Assembly: GCA_025210675.1 (NCBI GenBank)
Contig: JAOARU010000005.1
Span: 1-40,000, forward strand
Source: Candidatus Altimarinota bacterium
Lineage (GTDB): Bacteria; Patescibacteriota; Gracilibacteria; CAIRYL01; GCA-016699755
DNA length: 40,000 nucleotides
Reading direction: 5' to 3'
The notes beneath the pieces are model-generated. The model saw only the letters and a list, made by a program, of their open reading frames with translations. It was not told the DNA's origin and ran no database searches. Positions 8,705 to 19,267 of the stretch are shown in pieces (position 1 is the stretch's first letter; each line of letters starts with the position of its first letter). The translations under genes were made by a program, and so were the position numbers.

Positions 8705-9109
8705 ATGTCAATACAACCAATGGAAATCGAAAAGCTCCTAGCTGAGTTAATGGACAAAAAAGAAGATCTAGAGGATATTAAAGCCATCTTAAAACACTAC
8801 AAAATAGATTCACCAAGACTCAAAGAGTTAAAAGAAGCTCAAAAGCAACTAAAAGCTCAAATAGATGAAGAAAAAGCCAGAATCGAAGAAGAATACAATA
8901 TAGATGAAGATTATTCAGACAGCAAAGTACGTGAAGCTGAATTAAAACTTGATATTAAAGAAAAAAGAAACAACTTAAAAAAGAAAATGGGACGCATAAA
9001 CACAAGCGAAGAAATATCTCAATATGAATACAATATCAAAGGAGAGCAAATCAAAATGCAAGTTGAGCGCTTATGCAAGGTGTATCTAAACGGAAAGGAA
9101 GAAAAATAA
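8705..9109 (+). CDS. Hypothetical coiled-coil protein (134 aa, K/E-rich)
   Basis: ORF track only. No domain recognised. Confidence 0.45.
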   Translation: MSIQPMEIEKLLAELMDKKEDLEDIKAILKHYKIDSPRLKELKEAQKQLKAQIDEEKARIEEEYNIDEDYSDSKVREAELKLDIKEKRNNLKKKMGRINTSEEISQYEYNIKGEQIKMQVERLCKVYLNGKEEK

Positions 9110-9508
9110 TTATAAAAATTTCCTGATCTCCATCTCTACAAAATAATCAATATTATTTTGATCACAAAAATTCAACACCTCATTATCATAAGTGTCTTCC
9201 TCTAGCCACAAACGATAAAACCCCCCATCTCTCATTTGCTTAACCATTTCGAGAGTCATAAAAGGCGAAATATCAACAATAACAACAGCATCAGGAAAGG
9301 GTCTTGCAGAAGTTAAATTTGGATAACAAGGCTTTTTTTGAATCTCTGTATCAGGCATCTCAGAAGTATTGATTGCAAGAGCTTTGTAGCCCTTTTTTAA
9401 TAAATCACCAAATACATGAAATCCAAACTCTGACGAATCATTTGAAGCACCTACAACCGCATAGGTAAAATCTTTGTTAATAAATTTTGCAGGATCTCTT
9501 TGAATCAT
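9110..9508 (-). CDS. CoA-binding domain protein (YccU/YneT-like, 132 aa)
   Basis: FTYAVVGASNDSSEFGFHVFGDLLKKGYKALAIN resembles the N-terminal Rossmann-like CoA-binding signature. It overlaps the pyrG stop by 4 nt. Confidence 0.65.
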   Translation of the reverse strand: MIQRDPAKFINKDFTYAVVGASNDSSEFGFHVFGDLLKKGYKALAINTSEMPDTEIQKKPCYPNLTSARPFPDAVVIVDISPFMTLEMVKQMRDGGFYRLWLEEDTYDNEVLNFCDQNNIDYFVEMEIRKFL

Positions 9509-11124
9509 TTTTCAATGTATGAAATACAAGAATCAATAAAAGAAGCAAACAAGGGATGTGGACGATTTGGTCTTGATAAAAACTCAGGGTGAAACTGACT
9601 TCCAAGCATCCAAGGATGATCTTTTACCTCTACTATTTCAACCAAAGATCCATCTGGAGATGTGCCTGAAAATACAAATCCACAATCTTCCAAGGCCCCC
9701 CTAAAATCATTATTAAACTCATATCTATGCCTATGACGTTCATAAATTTCATCTTTTTGATATGAATTATATGCTAATGTATCTTTTTTCAATTTACACG
9801 GATAAGCCCCCAATCTAAGAGTGCCTCCTTTTGCTTTTTCTTCACTTTGATTAGGTAAAAAATGAACAATCTTACTCTTAGCATCTTTATTAAACTCTTC
9901 TGAGTCAGCATTTTTAATGCCACAGACATTTCTCGCAAACTCAATGGCCATCACCTGTGAACCAAGACATAATCCAAAAAATGGAACATTATTTTCACGA
10001 CAATACTTTGCACACATAATCTTGCCCCCTACCCCTCTTTTACCAAATCCTCCCGGGACAATAATACCTGCACATCTCTTTATAGATTCCCACACCTCTT
10101 CACTTTTTGTCTCATCTTCAAGCGCTTCTGTGTCGATCCATTCGATATTTGCCTTATATCCCCTATTGAAACAAGCGCTTTTTATAGCCTCAATCACAGA
10201 AATATAAGCATCATCAAGCTCTGTATACTTGCCTGCGAGAGCTATTCTGATCTCTTTTTTAGAATTATGAATCTGATCAACCATCTTTTGCCAATCCTCA
10301 AGATCTACTTGAAGAGTTTTGATATTTAACTTTTTAGCTAACACTTCAGTAATTCCGCTTTTATGAAATCTGGACGGAATCTCAAAAATAGACGATACAG
10401 TAGGCGCAGGAATAACAGCCTCTCTATCTACACCACAAAACCTTGAAACCTTACATAAAATATCCTCAGGAATATCAATATCAGCCCTACATACAATCAA
10501 ATCAGGGTCAATGCCAGCCCTCCTTAACTCTCTTGCAGAAAGCTGTGTTGGCTTAGTTTTTAGCTCTTTTGAAGCTTTTAAATAAGGCAATAATGTCAAA
10601 TGTATAAAAATCACATTCTCCTTGCCCATCTCCATACGCAGCTGACGTATGGCCTCCAAAAACGGCTCTCCTTCAATATCTCCAACTGTTCCTCCAATCT
10701 CACCAATCAATATATCAGCACCACTTTCCTTTTTAGCGTTCATGATTTTTTGCTTAATGGCATCAGTAATATGCGGCACAACTTGAATAGTACCACCAAG
10801 AAAATCCCCTTGACGCTCTTTTTGCAACACTTCTGTATAAATCCTGCCTGTAGTTGCATTTGAATATCTATTAAGATTTTCATCAATAAATCTCTCATAA
10901 TGCCCGAGATCAAGATCTGTCTCAGCTCCATCATGCGTCACAAAAACCTCACCATGCTGAAAAGGACTCATTGTCCCTGGATCAACATTTAGATACGGAT
11001 CCAATTTTTGAATACTAACTTTTTTTCCGGCACTCTTAAGTAGCATACCAACGGAGGCGGCAACTATCCCTTTTCCAAGAGAACTGCACACACCACCAGT
11101 AACAAATATAAATTTCTTATCCAT
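9505..11124 (-). CDS. pyrG: CTP synthase
   Basis: MDKKFIFVTGGVCSSLGKGI at the N-terminus, and a glutamine amidotransferase domain with GLCLGSQVMAIEFARN and HRHRYEFN. Confidence 0.95.
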   Translation of the reverse strand: MDKKFIFVTGGVCSSLGKGIVAASVGMLLKSAGKKVSIQKLDPYLNVDPGTMSPFQHGEVFVTHDGAETDLDLGHYERFIDENLNRYSNATTGRIYTEVLQKERQGDFLGGTIQVVPHITDAIKQKIMNAKKESGADILIGEIGGTVGDIEGEPFLEAIRQLRMEMGKENVIFIHLTLLPYLKASKELKTKPTQLSARELRRAGIDPDLIVCRADIDIPEDILCKVSRFCGVDREAVIPAPTVSSIFEIPSRFHKSGITEVLAKKLNIKTLQVDLEDWQKMVDQIHNSKKEIRIALAGKYTELDDAYISVIEAIKSACFNRGYKANIEWIDTEALEDETKSEEVWESIKRCAGIIVPGGFGKRGVGGKIMCAKYCRENNVPFFGLCLGSQVMAIEFARNVCGIKNADSEEFNKDAKSKIVHFLPNQSEEKAKGGTLRLGAYPCKLKKDTLAYNSYQKDEIYERHRHRYEFNNDFRGALEDCGFVFSGTSPDGSLVEIVEVKDHPWMLGSQFHPEFLSRPNRPHPLFASFIDSCISYIEK

Positions 11125-11145
11125 ACTTTTTTTAATTTAATGTGT

Positions 11146-11790
11146 CTATTTTAGCTCTTTTTCAAAAATTGAAAAGGCATTTTTTTGATCTATTTTAATA
11201 AAAATCTCATCTTGTCTTAAGAAAGGGATAAAAATATTGTCTTTTGCCCTACCTGAAGGCGCAAAAAGCCTTATGTGATCACTTCTTTGATTTAAATCAA
11301 TATTAATCTTGAGTTCCTGATTTGGCCTTAAAGTCTGACTTAGATGCACCTTATCACTCAGAGACTCAAGCCTCCAACCACTTAAATTAGTGTCAAATTT
11401 AGACCAATTTTTTAAAACTATTTCATCATTTACAGTATCCACACTCAAAACCCTGAGATAATTTGTCTCGCCACTCGTCTCAATAAAAAACCGGCATTTT
11501 TCAAATTTAGTAGCATTAAAAAAATCCGTATAAGCATAAAAATACATATAAGAAGACCTATTAATAATTATGGACTCTTTGTACATTTTACCTAAAGCTG
11601 GTGAACCACTTGGATAAATTGTCCAAAAAATCTCCGCCTCCTTATCATTAACCAAAAGCTCTACTTTTTGATTACTTTGAAAATACCCACCACACTTAGA
11701 TGCTTCAACTTGCAATTTTTCTTTTGCAAAAGCACAAAAAGGTGTAAATAATAAAAATAATGAGAATAATGAGATAAAAAACTTGCGCAT
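11146..11790 (-). CDS. Secreted protein with C-terminal lamin-tail-domain (LTD)-like region (214 aa)
   Basis: Signal peptide MRKFFISLFSLFLLFTPFCAFA. The C-terminal LRVLSVDTVNDEIVLKNWSKFDTNLSGWRLES...LRPNQEL resembles the LTD pattern (E.VEL.N.....L.GW.L). Confidence 0.55.
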   Translation of the reverse strand: MRKFFISLFSLFLLFTPFCAFAKEKLQVEASKCGGYFQSNQKVELLVNDKEAEIFWTIYPSGSPALGKMYKESIIINRSSYMYFYAYTDFFNATKFEKCRFFIETSGETNYLRVLSVDTVNDEIVLKNWSKFDTNLSGWRLESLSDKVHLSQTLRPNQELKINIDLNQRSDHIRLFAPSGRAKDNIFIPFLRQDEIFIKIDQKNAFSIFEKELK

Positions 11791-11908
11791 ATTGCTATTT
11801 TATTTTTTTATATATTATCGCAGAAAAATCACTAAATAAAAAGCAAAAATATTTTTGACTTTATTAATAAAAAAGCGTAGAATATAATGAATTTTAATAA
11901 AAACAAAA

Positions 11909-12295
11909 ATGAATGAACATCAGGTAGTTACAGCACTTGCCCCTGATATGGGAGGACTTGATCCTCAAGGGATGACGCACAGAAACATGCTTTACACTTC
12001 AGGACAAATCGGCATGACACCAAGGGGTGAAATGTCAGAAAGCTTTGAAGAACAAGCAAAAAATGCTTTTTACAACTTAAAAGCAATTGTGGAAGCTGCA
12101 GGCTCACGCCTTGATAGAGTACTAAAGGTTAATATCTACTTAACAGACATAGACAACAGCTTTAAAATGAGCGAAGTCTATGGAAAGTTTTTCCGTGAAA
12201 ATCCACCTGCAAGAGACGTAGTGGAAGTTCAAAAACTTAAAAAAGGTGCCCTAATTCAAGTGTCAGCTACTGCTTTTGTAAGACTTGATTCTTAA
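11909..12295 (+). CDS. ridA: RidA/YjgF family reactive-intermediate deaminase
   Basis: LYTSGQIGM...FEEQAKNAFYNLKAIVEAAGSRLDRVLKVNIYLTDI...PPARDVVEVQKLKKGALIQVSATA is the typical YjgF/RidA pattern. Confidence 0.85.
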   Translation: MNEHQVVTALAPDMGGLDPQGMTHRNMLYTSGQIGMTPRGEMSESFEEQAKNAFYNLKAIVEAAGSRLDRVLKVNIYLTDIDNSFKMSEVYGKFFRENPPARDVVEVQKLKKGALIQVSATAFVRLDS

Positions 12296-13090
12296 TAAAA
12301 ACTCCTTTTTAAAGTGCTCACGCATATCATTATCGTGAAATTTTAAAATCCCCGTTTTTATGATTGTGCCTTTTTGAGATTTTAAACTCTGAGCTTTTTT
12401 TGAAGTTCTAGGTAAAAATATCTTCTTTAAGATTCTTTCCAGAAAATCAAAACATAAAAAATCTAGATTAAAACTAGGTTTTTTATATATATCTTTACAC
12501 ACAGGCTTTATTTCAAATTGATCTAAAAATTTCTGATTAATACTAAAAAAATCATCAAAAACTTCACCAAACAAGGGAATCAATGATGCTATCCAAAAAG
12601 CCAAAAATACATCATCTTTTATGGATATTTTACTTATATCGAGATTTTTTTGATCTACAAAAAAAGACAAACAAAAGCGATTTTCAATCTTGTCACCATA
12701 TCTCCTAAGCCCTAGAATATGTAAAAAAATCGTTACAAAAACCCTACAAGTCCAAATTCGATCTTCCTTAGATATAATAAAAAGATCAATATCACTCCCC
12801 TTCTCTGCCGTATAAAAAGAAGCAGTATTGCAAATTGCAACACCTTTTACACCTGGTAAATACCTTAAAAATCGACCCCATTTTTGAGCTTTTTTAATTA
12901 ATTTTTCTGAATGCTTACGCATTTTCAAAGCTTCATTTAAATATGCCTTATTCCAAAAATAAAAATCCCCTTCTTGAGTAAAATCATTTAAATTAAACTT
13001 ATTATTAGTAGAATATTTTAAAATCTCCTTCTTAGTTAGACCTCTTTTGTATATATCAAAAAAAGCCAAAATACCTAGAGGCTTTTTCAA
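12263..13090 (-). CDS. Putative Pol-beta-superfamily nucleotidyltransferase-domain protein (275 aa)
   Basis: GVKGVAICNTASFYTAEKGSDIDLFII contains a G-S-x-DxD-type NTase motif. It overlaps the carA stop by 4 nt and the ridA 3' end convergently by 33 nt. Confidence 0.5.
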   Translation of the reverse strand: MKKPLGILAFFDIYKRGLTKKEILKYSTNNKFNLNDFTQEGDFYFWNKAYLNEALKMRKHSEKLIKKAQKWGRFLRYLPGVKGVAICNTASFYTAEKGSDIDLFIISKEDRIWTCRVFVTIFLHILGLRRYGDKIENRFCLSFFVDQKNLDISKISIKDDVFLAFWIASLIPLFGEVFDDFFSINQKFLDQFEIKPVCKDIYKKPSFNLDFLCFDFLERILKKIFLPRTSKKAQSLKSQKGTIIKTGILKFHDNDMREHFKKEFLLRIKSYKSSS

Positions 13091-14172
13091 AGCTCAGCTA
13101 TAAATTCATCAAATAAAAACCCAGTGTCATGAGGTCCAGCAAAAGCCTCAGGATGAAACTGAACTGAATAAATTGGCTTTGTCTTGTGCTTGATACCCTC
13201 CACGCTACCATCATTTAGATTTTTGAACCATATTTCAAAATCTTCAGGCACAGTATCTCCATCTACACAAAAACCATGATTTTGACTTGTTATATAGCAT
13301 TTTTTTGTGTGAATATCTTGACATGGCTGATTTGCACCTCTATGTCCATAATCAAGCTTGTAAGTATCTGCCCCCATCGCCAAAGACAAAACCTGATTAC
13401 CTAAACATATACCAAATATCGGCATATTTTTACTCAATGCAAAATCTATATTTTTATTAATCACTTCATAAACCACCTTTGGATCACCAGGTCCATTTGA
13501 CAAAAATAATCCATCAAACTCAAGTTCAGAATTAGCAACATCAAAATCCCAAGGCGCAAGAATAACCCTAACACCTCTCTTTAAAAAAGATCTCAAAATA
13601 TTATTTTTAATTCCTGTATCAATAGCCAAAATGGTCTTTACATAATCCTTAGGCTCAAAAATCTTGACCTCTTTTGTTGCAACTTCTGCTACTAGATTTT
13701 TCTTATTTGGATCTTTAAGATTTACTATTTCCTCATCGCCTTCTATCAATATTTGCCCCAAAAGAGCGCCTTTTTCCCTTAAAACCTGCGTCAAATGACG
13801 TGTGTCAATTTCTGAAATTGCAGGAATTTTGCCTTCTTTTAACCAATCAGAAAAAGATTTTTCAGCCATATGATGAGAAAAATCCTCTGACATATTATTG
13901 CAAACAACCGCATTTACATGTATTTGATCTGACTCAAAATTCTCAACTATGCCAAACTCATCACGAGAAGCCGAAGCTACCCCAAAATTACCAATCAAAG
14001 GAAAAGTAAAAACCAAAATTTGCCCCTTATAACTCGGATCAGTCAAAGACAACTCAAAGCCTGTCATACCAGTAGTAAACACAAATTCACCTTGTACAGA
14101 TAAATCATAACCAACACTTTTCCCCTCAAAGACTTGTCCTGTTTCTAAGATAATTTTTGCTTTTTTGTACAT
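13087..14172 (-). CDS. carA: Carbamoyl-phosphate synthase small (glutaminase) subunit
   Basis: ILETGQVFEGKSVG, LTDPSYKGQILVFT, and the GATase triad context FGICLGNQVL...HGFCV...SVQFHPE. Confidence 0.9.
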   Translation of the reverse strand: MYKKAKIILETGQVFEGKSVGYDLSVQGEFVFTTGMTGFELSLTDPSYKGQILVFTFPLIGNFGVASASRDEFGIVENFESDQIHVNAVVCNNMSEDFSHHMAEKSFSDWLKEGKIPAISEIDTRHLTQVLREKGALLGQILIEGDEEIVNLKDPNKKNLVAEVATKEVKIFEPKDYVKTILAIDTGIKNNILRSFLKRGVRVILAPWDFDVANSELEFDGLFLSNGPGDPKVVYEVINKNIDFALSKNMPIFGICLGNQVLSLAMGADTYKLDYGHRGANQPCQDIHTKKCYITSQNHGFCVDGDTVPEDFEIWFKNLNDGSVEGIKHKTKPIYSVQFHPEAFAGPHDTGFLFDEFIAEL

Positions 14173-14270
14173 CTATTTGAAAATTTTCTTGCTTATTTTG
14201 CCTTAAAAATTATTTTTAGTCGAGAGAAAATACACAAAAAAAGAGAACCGAATCCCTTTTTTTAAAAATC

Positions 14271-15584
14271 TCACTCACCTACCTCATACCTATCAATCTC
14301 CTTCTTATCTATCTTAGAAATAATATTTTCAACTACATCATCAAGTGATATTGTCTCCTGTGCTCCACGCTCCATATTCCTTATTATTGCTATATTCTCT
14401 TTTACCTCTATCTCACCCAATATAATAGTCCAATCTACATCAAACTTATCTGCATTTTTCAACTGAGAACGCATAGATGCCTTTCCCATTGCACCAAGAG
14501 CATGTATGCCTGCATCATGTAAATCTGACAAAATTTTAACTGCCTTTTTCTTAGCAAAATCACCAAGACAAGCCACATAAACATGCACTTTATCTTTTTT
14601 TGGTGGCTCAACATTAACCTCTTGCATATGAGCAATTACCCTCTCTACACCAAAAGCAACTCCAACAGCAGGCGTAGCCTGACCCCCTAAAAGCTCACAA
14701 AGACCATCATAACGACCTCCGCCACCAATAGCATTTTGAGCGCCCTGAGTTTTATCCCAAAACTCAAAAACAGTATCAGAATAATAATCAAGCCCTCTTA
14801 CAAGCTTTTTATTTTCTACATAAGGTACCCCCAGTTCAGTTAAAAATGCTAACACATTTTGATAATATTCCCTGCTCTCATCATCTAAATAATCATCAAA
14901 TTTTGGAGCCATAGAAGCCAAAATCTGACAATCCTCTTGCTTGCAATCCAAAATTCTTAAAGGATTTTTTTCAGCCCTTCTTTGACAATCCTCACAAAGA
15001 CTTCTCTCTTTTCCGAAAAAATAATTCTGCAAAGCATCTTCATAAGACTTTCTGCATTCAGGTGTACCAATTGTATTCACCTGAAGCTCAAAACGATCAA
15101 CAATACCCAGATCTTTTAATATCTTATAAGACAAATTAATAATTTGTGCATCAATTGAAAAATCTCTCGCACCGATTACCTCAAAACCAAACTGATGAAA
15201 CTGACGATAGCGACCTTTTTGCGGTCTGTCATAACGAAAATGAGGCTCAATATAATAAAACTGCACAGGTTGACTCCAAGAAGACATACCATGCTCAATA
15301 TAAGCCCTAACTATACCAGCTGTACCCTCTGGCTTCATGCTCATACGCTTAGCAGAGCGACTTTCAAAAGTATACATCTCTTTTTCAACTATATCAGTTG
15401 CATCACCAACACCTCTTTCAAACACATCTGCATACTCCAAAGTAGGCGTAGTTATCCTTTTAAAACCTGCCTGCCTACATCTATGCCTAACTGCTTTTTT
15501 AACTAAAGTGAAATATTCATGCTCTTCAGGAAGTATATCTCTCATGCCCCTTACTGTTTGAAGTTTTTTTGATTCTTCGCTCAT
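14271..15584 (-). CDS. hisS: Histidyl-tRNA synthetase (start taken at MSEESKK)
   Basis: VRGMRDILPEE, FKRITTPTLEY, YRQFHQFGFEVIG and GGGRYDGL are class II HisRS motifs. Confidence 0.95.
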   Translation of the reverse strand: MSEESKKLQTVRGMRDILPEEHEYFTLVKKAVRHRCRQAGFKRITTPTLEYADVFERGVGDATDIVEKEMYTFESRSAKRMSMKPEGTAGIVRAYIEHGMSSWSQPVQFYYIEPHFRYDRPQKGRYRQFHQFGFEVIGARDFSIDAQIINLSYKILKDLGIVDRFELQVNTIGTPECRKSYEDALQNYFFGKERSLCEDCQRRAEKNPLRILDCKQEDCQILASMAPKFDDYLDDESREYYQNVLAFLTELGVPYVENKKLVRGLDYYSDTVFEFWDKTQGAQNAIGGGGRYDGLCELLGGQATPAVGVAFGVERVIAHMQEVNVEPPKKDKVHVYVACLGDFAKKKAVKILSDLHDAGIHALGAMGKASMRSQLKNADKFDVDWTIILGEIEVKENIAIIRNMERGAQETISLDDVVENIISKIDKKEIDRYEVGE

Positions 15585-15828
15585 TTTTAGATTTTTAAAA
15601 ATACTTTTCTTATCATTACACAAAACAAGCAAAAAATAAAGCCTTATAAGTAATTGATGCGTATTTTAATCAAAAAATATAAGCAAAAGCAGTTAATAAG
15701 CAATACTGATTTAAAAAAAACAAGCACCAATGATGAAAAATTTAAATGCCAAATAGCTTATTTAAGGCACAAAAAAAGATTTGCAAAAATAAAAATAATC
15801 TGATAATTTAAAAATAAGCAATAAAAAA

Positions 15829-15856
15829 TTGACAAAAAAATAATTTATTGTAAAAT
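15829..15856 (+). promoter_or_regulatory. Sigma70-like promoter (TTGACA-N16-TAAAAT) for the 82-aa ORF
   Basis: TTGACA at 15829-15834, a 16-nt spacer, and TAAAAT at 15851-15856, 37 nt upstream of the ATG at 15893. Confidence 0.45.
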
Positions 15857-15892
15857 ATAAACTCAATTTTAAATCCCTCTTTTTTTAAAAAC

Positions 15893-16141
15893 ATGGAAAC
15901 CTCAAAAACAAATCAAGAAATAGTTCCAGAACAAGAAGTATTATTAGTTAGAGCAAAAGATACAGAAAAAATTTTTGAAATTGGAGACGAAATAAGAAAT
16001 GCCTTACTAGGAGAAGAAATACCAACTATTATGGATTTTACCTTAGAAACAGGGGAAATTTTAATTCAAACAAACAGTGGCGCACAAGATATATTGTCAC
16101 AAATTGACGGAATCACATTGGTTGATACTAATATAGCCTAA
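15893..16141 (+). CDS. Hypothetical protein (82 aa)
   Basis: The ORF has a consensus-like promoter upstream and a hairpin terminator downstream. No domain recognised. Confidence 0.45.
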   Translation: METSKTNQEIVPEQEVLLVRAKDTEKIFEIGDEIRNALLGEEIPTIMDFTLETGEILIQTNSGAQDILSQIDGITLVDTNIA

Positions 16142-16151
16142 TTCAACATAT

Positions 16152-16177
16152 AAAATAGCCTTATTGAGGCTATTTTT
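16152..16177 (+). terminator. Intrinsic terminator after the 82-aa ORF
   Basis: In aaaatagcc-ttattga-ggctattttt, the stem is atagcc/ggctat and is followed by a T run. Confidence 0.65.
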
Positions 16178-16258
16178 ATTTCAAAAGTAAGAAATTACTG
16201 GATATTTTATATAAATAAGTATATTATACTATCCTTGGTTAAATTTCTTAGTGCAAAA

Positions 16259-16723
16259 ATGAATAATGCGGTAAACTTAATAAAAAACCCCTTATCTGAT
16301 GAAAAAGTCATTCCAACAAAACCAAAACTCACAAAGCCAGACTTTCAAGGATTGTTTTTAACAGTACGACAAATAACTGATCGATTCAAAAAGGTAACAA
16401 GAAAAGACAATCCAATAGGAAAAATAGATAGCAACCCAGCATACTCAATCTTTCCTGATATCATGCATCAAGCAGATCAGGATAAAACAAATCTTAGAAG
16501 AGCCATAAAGGGCGAAGAATGCATATGCACAATAGAACTAGAAGACTCAGATCAAACCGAGGCATTCAGAGAGGCTTTTCCTGGAGCAATAGAAATAAGT
16601 CAAACAATATTTATGACTAACGACAACATAGCAAAGATATTAACCAAAGCAGCAAAAGTAGCTAGAATAAAATCAATAGCCCCATCTACAAGAAAAGAAT
16701 TGAAGTACATAGAAAATGAATAA
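16259..16723 (+). CDS. Hypothetical protein (154 aa from ATG 16259; the track uses a TTG at 16235)
   Basis: ORF track only. No domain recognised. Confidence 0.4.
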   Translation: MNNAVNLIKNPLSDEKVIPTKPKLTKPDFQGLFLTVRQITDRFKKVTRKDNPIGKIDSNPAYSIFPDIMHQADQDKTNLRRAIKGEECICTIELEDSDQTEAFREAFPGAIEISQTIFMTNDNIAKILTKAAKVARIKSIAPSTRKELKYIENE

Positions 16724-16724
16724 C

Positions 16725-16777
16725 TCCTCCACACAGAGGATTTTTTTATACCCTAAAATAGCCTAGGGTATTTTTTT
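16725..16777 (+). terminator. Tandem hairpin terminators, both followed by T7 on the plus strand
   Basis: tcctc-cacaca-gagga+ttttttt at 16725-16747, and atacccta-aaatagcc-tagggtat+ttttttt at 16748-16777. Confidence 0.65.
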
Positions 16778-17774
16778 AATCTCTATTTGTTATTTTTATG
16801 CTATCATAATTAACTTTTTGCACAAAACCCTGAACCTTTATGATAAACCCCATACAAAGCCTCATGGCCAAATCATGTTCATAATAATCGACATATTTAT
16901 GCATCACATTTTGCAAGTTATTACTTATTGCTATTCCTATTTTTTCCATTATCACCCCTGACTCATGACTCCTAAAAAGCTCTTGTAATTCTGAAATCCC
17001 CTCTTGATCATCACCATATTGCTCAAGTAAGCAAGCCACAGAAAGAGCACCAGATAAATGCTCTTTTAGGCTTTTTTTACTTTTTCCATTTTCAAACTTA
17101 TCCCTTAATCTCTTAAAATAATGCAAAAAGGAAACATGATCTACGTCCCTCTCTATAAAACTACCATCTAATTCTACAAGATTTTTACCTATTTTATAAG
17201 CTGACAATATAGCATAAGCCTCAGACAAAGCTACGCCAATATTTAAATCAACAGGACTCTCGACACCAGCAGGAGTAAAAAATCGCTGATCAATATGAGC
17301 AAGCTCGTGTATTACAACAATTAATGTAATTAAATTTTCTTCATATACGTCATAAGCATCATAATCATAAGAGATATCCACATCCCCATTTATATAAGTA
17401 CAACCTCTACGGCTATACTTATCTCTATCTAAAACTTTTATATTTCTAATGCGATTCTCAAATCCTCCTCTATAATAATTCCCATAAACAACACAAGCCC
17501 AATTAATAATATCGTCTTTTGTAAACTCGGTATACAAATCAACCCTCTTAACAACCTCCTTAAAGTCATTTGCTGCTGATTCAGCAGGAGAAAACAGTAT
17601 CGAATCAACACCAGTACCAAGCTCGGAAGCCTGAGCAGAAGAAGTAATAGCATTAATATAAGTGGCAGTTTCTGCAGTAAATGCAATAAGTAGCCATAAT
17701 GCCACTTTTTTAAAATCAAGGCTTCCTTCTGGTTTTTTAGGTTTTTCTGTTAATTCGTTGTAATAGGGCTTCAT
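16776..17774 (-). CDS. Membrane-anchored/secreted putative zinc metallopeptidase (HExxH; possibly DUF4157-like), 332 aa
   Basis: N-terminal hydrophobic anchor VALWLLIAFTAETATYI, then the motif IVVIHELAHIDQ preceded by CTYINGDVDIS. The family assignment is tentative. Confidence 0.5.
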   Translation of the reverse strand: MKPYYNELTEKPKKPEGSLDFKKVALWLLIAFTAETATYINAITSSAQASELGTGVDSILFSPAESAANDFKEVVKRVDLYTEFTKDDIINWACVVYGNYYRGGFENRIRNIKVLDRDKYSRRGCTYINGDVDISYDYDAYDVYEENLITLIVVIHELAHIDQRFFTPAGVESPVDLNIGVALSEAYAILSAYKIGKNLVELDGSFIERDVDHVSFLHYFKRLRDKFENGKSKKSLKEHLSGALSVACLLEQYGDDQEGISELQELFRSHESGVIMEKIGIAISNNLQNVMHKYVDYYEHDLAMRLCMGFIIKVQGFVQKVNYDSIKITNRD

Positions 17775-17794
17775 AAGGGGGAGGGTAAAAGGTT

Positions 17795-19267
17795 TTAATC
17801 TTTAGGAAAAAGTATTTCCGAAGAACCTAAAGCACCTTTCGAATTAAAATTCTCATCAAGATTTAAGATTTTTTTAATCTTATTTGAAGTCTGAGGCATC
17901 AAAGGATAAATCATTTCAGCAACCTTAGCTAATGATGCTAAATGCTGAAAAAGTATTTTTTTAGCTTGCTCTGAGTCTTGCTTCATTATCTTCCATGGCT
18001 CTTTTTGATTAATATCCTGATTCAAAAATCCAATAAAATCAAAACAAGCACCAGCCGCATCATGCAATTGATAATTCAATACCGCATTGTGCATTTTTTC
18101 TTTTGCACTATTATAAGAATCCAAATACTCATCTTGAATATTTGACTCAAAATCACCTATTTCAAGTCTCTCAGAAAGCTTATGCACTCTTTGAACAAGA
18201 TTACCTAAGCCATCTGCAAGATAGGCATTTTTGATCTCTTTAAACCTATCATTCGCAAAATCAGCATCACGCCCAACAACCACCTCCTTTAACAAGAAAA
18301 ACCTAAGAGCATCAACTCCATCACTCTCTATGATCTCAAAAGGATCTACTACATTTCCAAGTGATTTTGACATTTTTTGTCCTTCTGAAGTCAAAAATCC
18401 ATGTACCAAAATATCACTAGGCGTCTTGATCCCAGCTGCAAGTAACATGCTTGGCCAATATCCTGCATGAAACCTGAGTATATCCTTGCCAATTACATGA
18501 ATCACCTTTGCGTTATTCCAATATTTTTGAAATTTCTCATCATCAGAAGATCCATAGCCAAGCGCTGTTATATAATTTGACAAGGCATCGCACCATACAT
18601 ACATGACTTGATTTAGATCATTTGGCACTTCCACCCCCCAAGGCAAGGTTTCTTTTGGACGTGAAAAAGAAACATCTTTAAAACCCTCCTCTGCCATCTT
18701 TAAAATTTCTGGCGCCCTAAAACTAGGCGATATCTTTAAATTATCAGACTTAATCATTTCTAAAATCTCTTTCGAATAATCAGATAACCTAAAAAACCAA
18801 TTTTCCTCCTCTAAAAGCTCAGGCTCTTTAAGATGATTTGGACACTTTCCATCAACTAATTCTTTTTCAGTAATAAATGCTTCACATCCCGCACAATAAA
18901 GACCTGAAAAACTCCTTTTTTCTAGCTTGTTAGAGATTTTTTTCCATAAATCCATTGCGCCATTTTTATGACGAGACTCTGTTGTTCTTATAAAATCATT
19001 ATTTGAAATATTAAGAGCTTTTACTAAGGCTTTAAATTTTTCCGCATTTGCATCACAAAGCTCCTGGGGCGTAAATCCCTGCTCCAAAGCCGTCCTATAA
19101 ACCTTTGTTCCATGCTCATCAGTGCCTGTTAAAAAATACACATCATGACCCTGTTGAGCATAATACCTAGCCAAAAAATCAGCCTCCACAAGCTCCATAG
19201 CAAAACCAATATGAGGCGCACCATTTACATAAGCAATTGAAGTTGTAATATAGATATCTTGTTTCAT
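17795..19267 (-). CDS. metG: Methionyl-tRNA synthetase (short form without C-terminal tRNA-binding domain; start at MKQDIY)
   Basis: [17 protein letters not shown] (HIGH region), the Zn knuckle CAGCEAF...CPNH, and the KMSKS motif ([10 protein letters not shown]). Confidence 0.95.
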   Translation of the reverse strand: MKQDIYITTSIAYVNGAPHIGFAMELVEADFLARYYAQQGHDVYFLTGTDEHGTKVYRTALEQGFTPQELCDANAEKFKALVKALNISNNDFIRTTESRHKNGAMDLWKKISNKLEKRSFSGLYCAGCEAFITEKELVDGKCPNHLKEPELLEEENWFFRLSDYSKEILEMIKSDNLKISPSFRAPEILKMAEEGFKDVSFSRPKETLPWGVEVPNDLNQVMYVWCDALSNYITALGYGSSDDEKFQKYWNNAKVIHVIGKDILRFHAGYWPSMLLAAGIKTPSDILVHGFLTSEGQKMSKSLGNVVDPFEIIESDGVDALRFFLLKEVVVGRDADFANDRFKEIKNAYLADGLGNLVQRVHKLSERLEIGDFESNIQDEYLDSYNSAKEKMHNAVLNYQLHDAAGACFDFIGFLNQDINQKEPWKIMKQDSEQAKKILFQHLASLAKVAEMIYPLMPQTSNKIKKILNLDENFNSKGALGSSEILFPKD

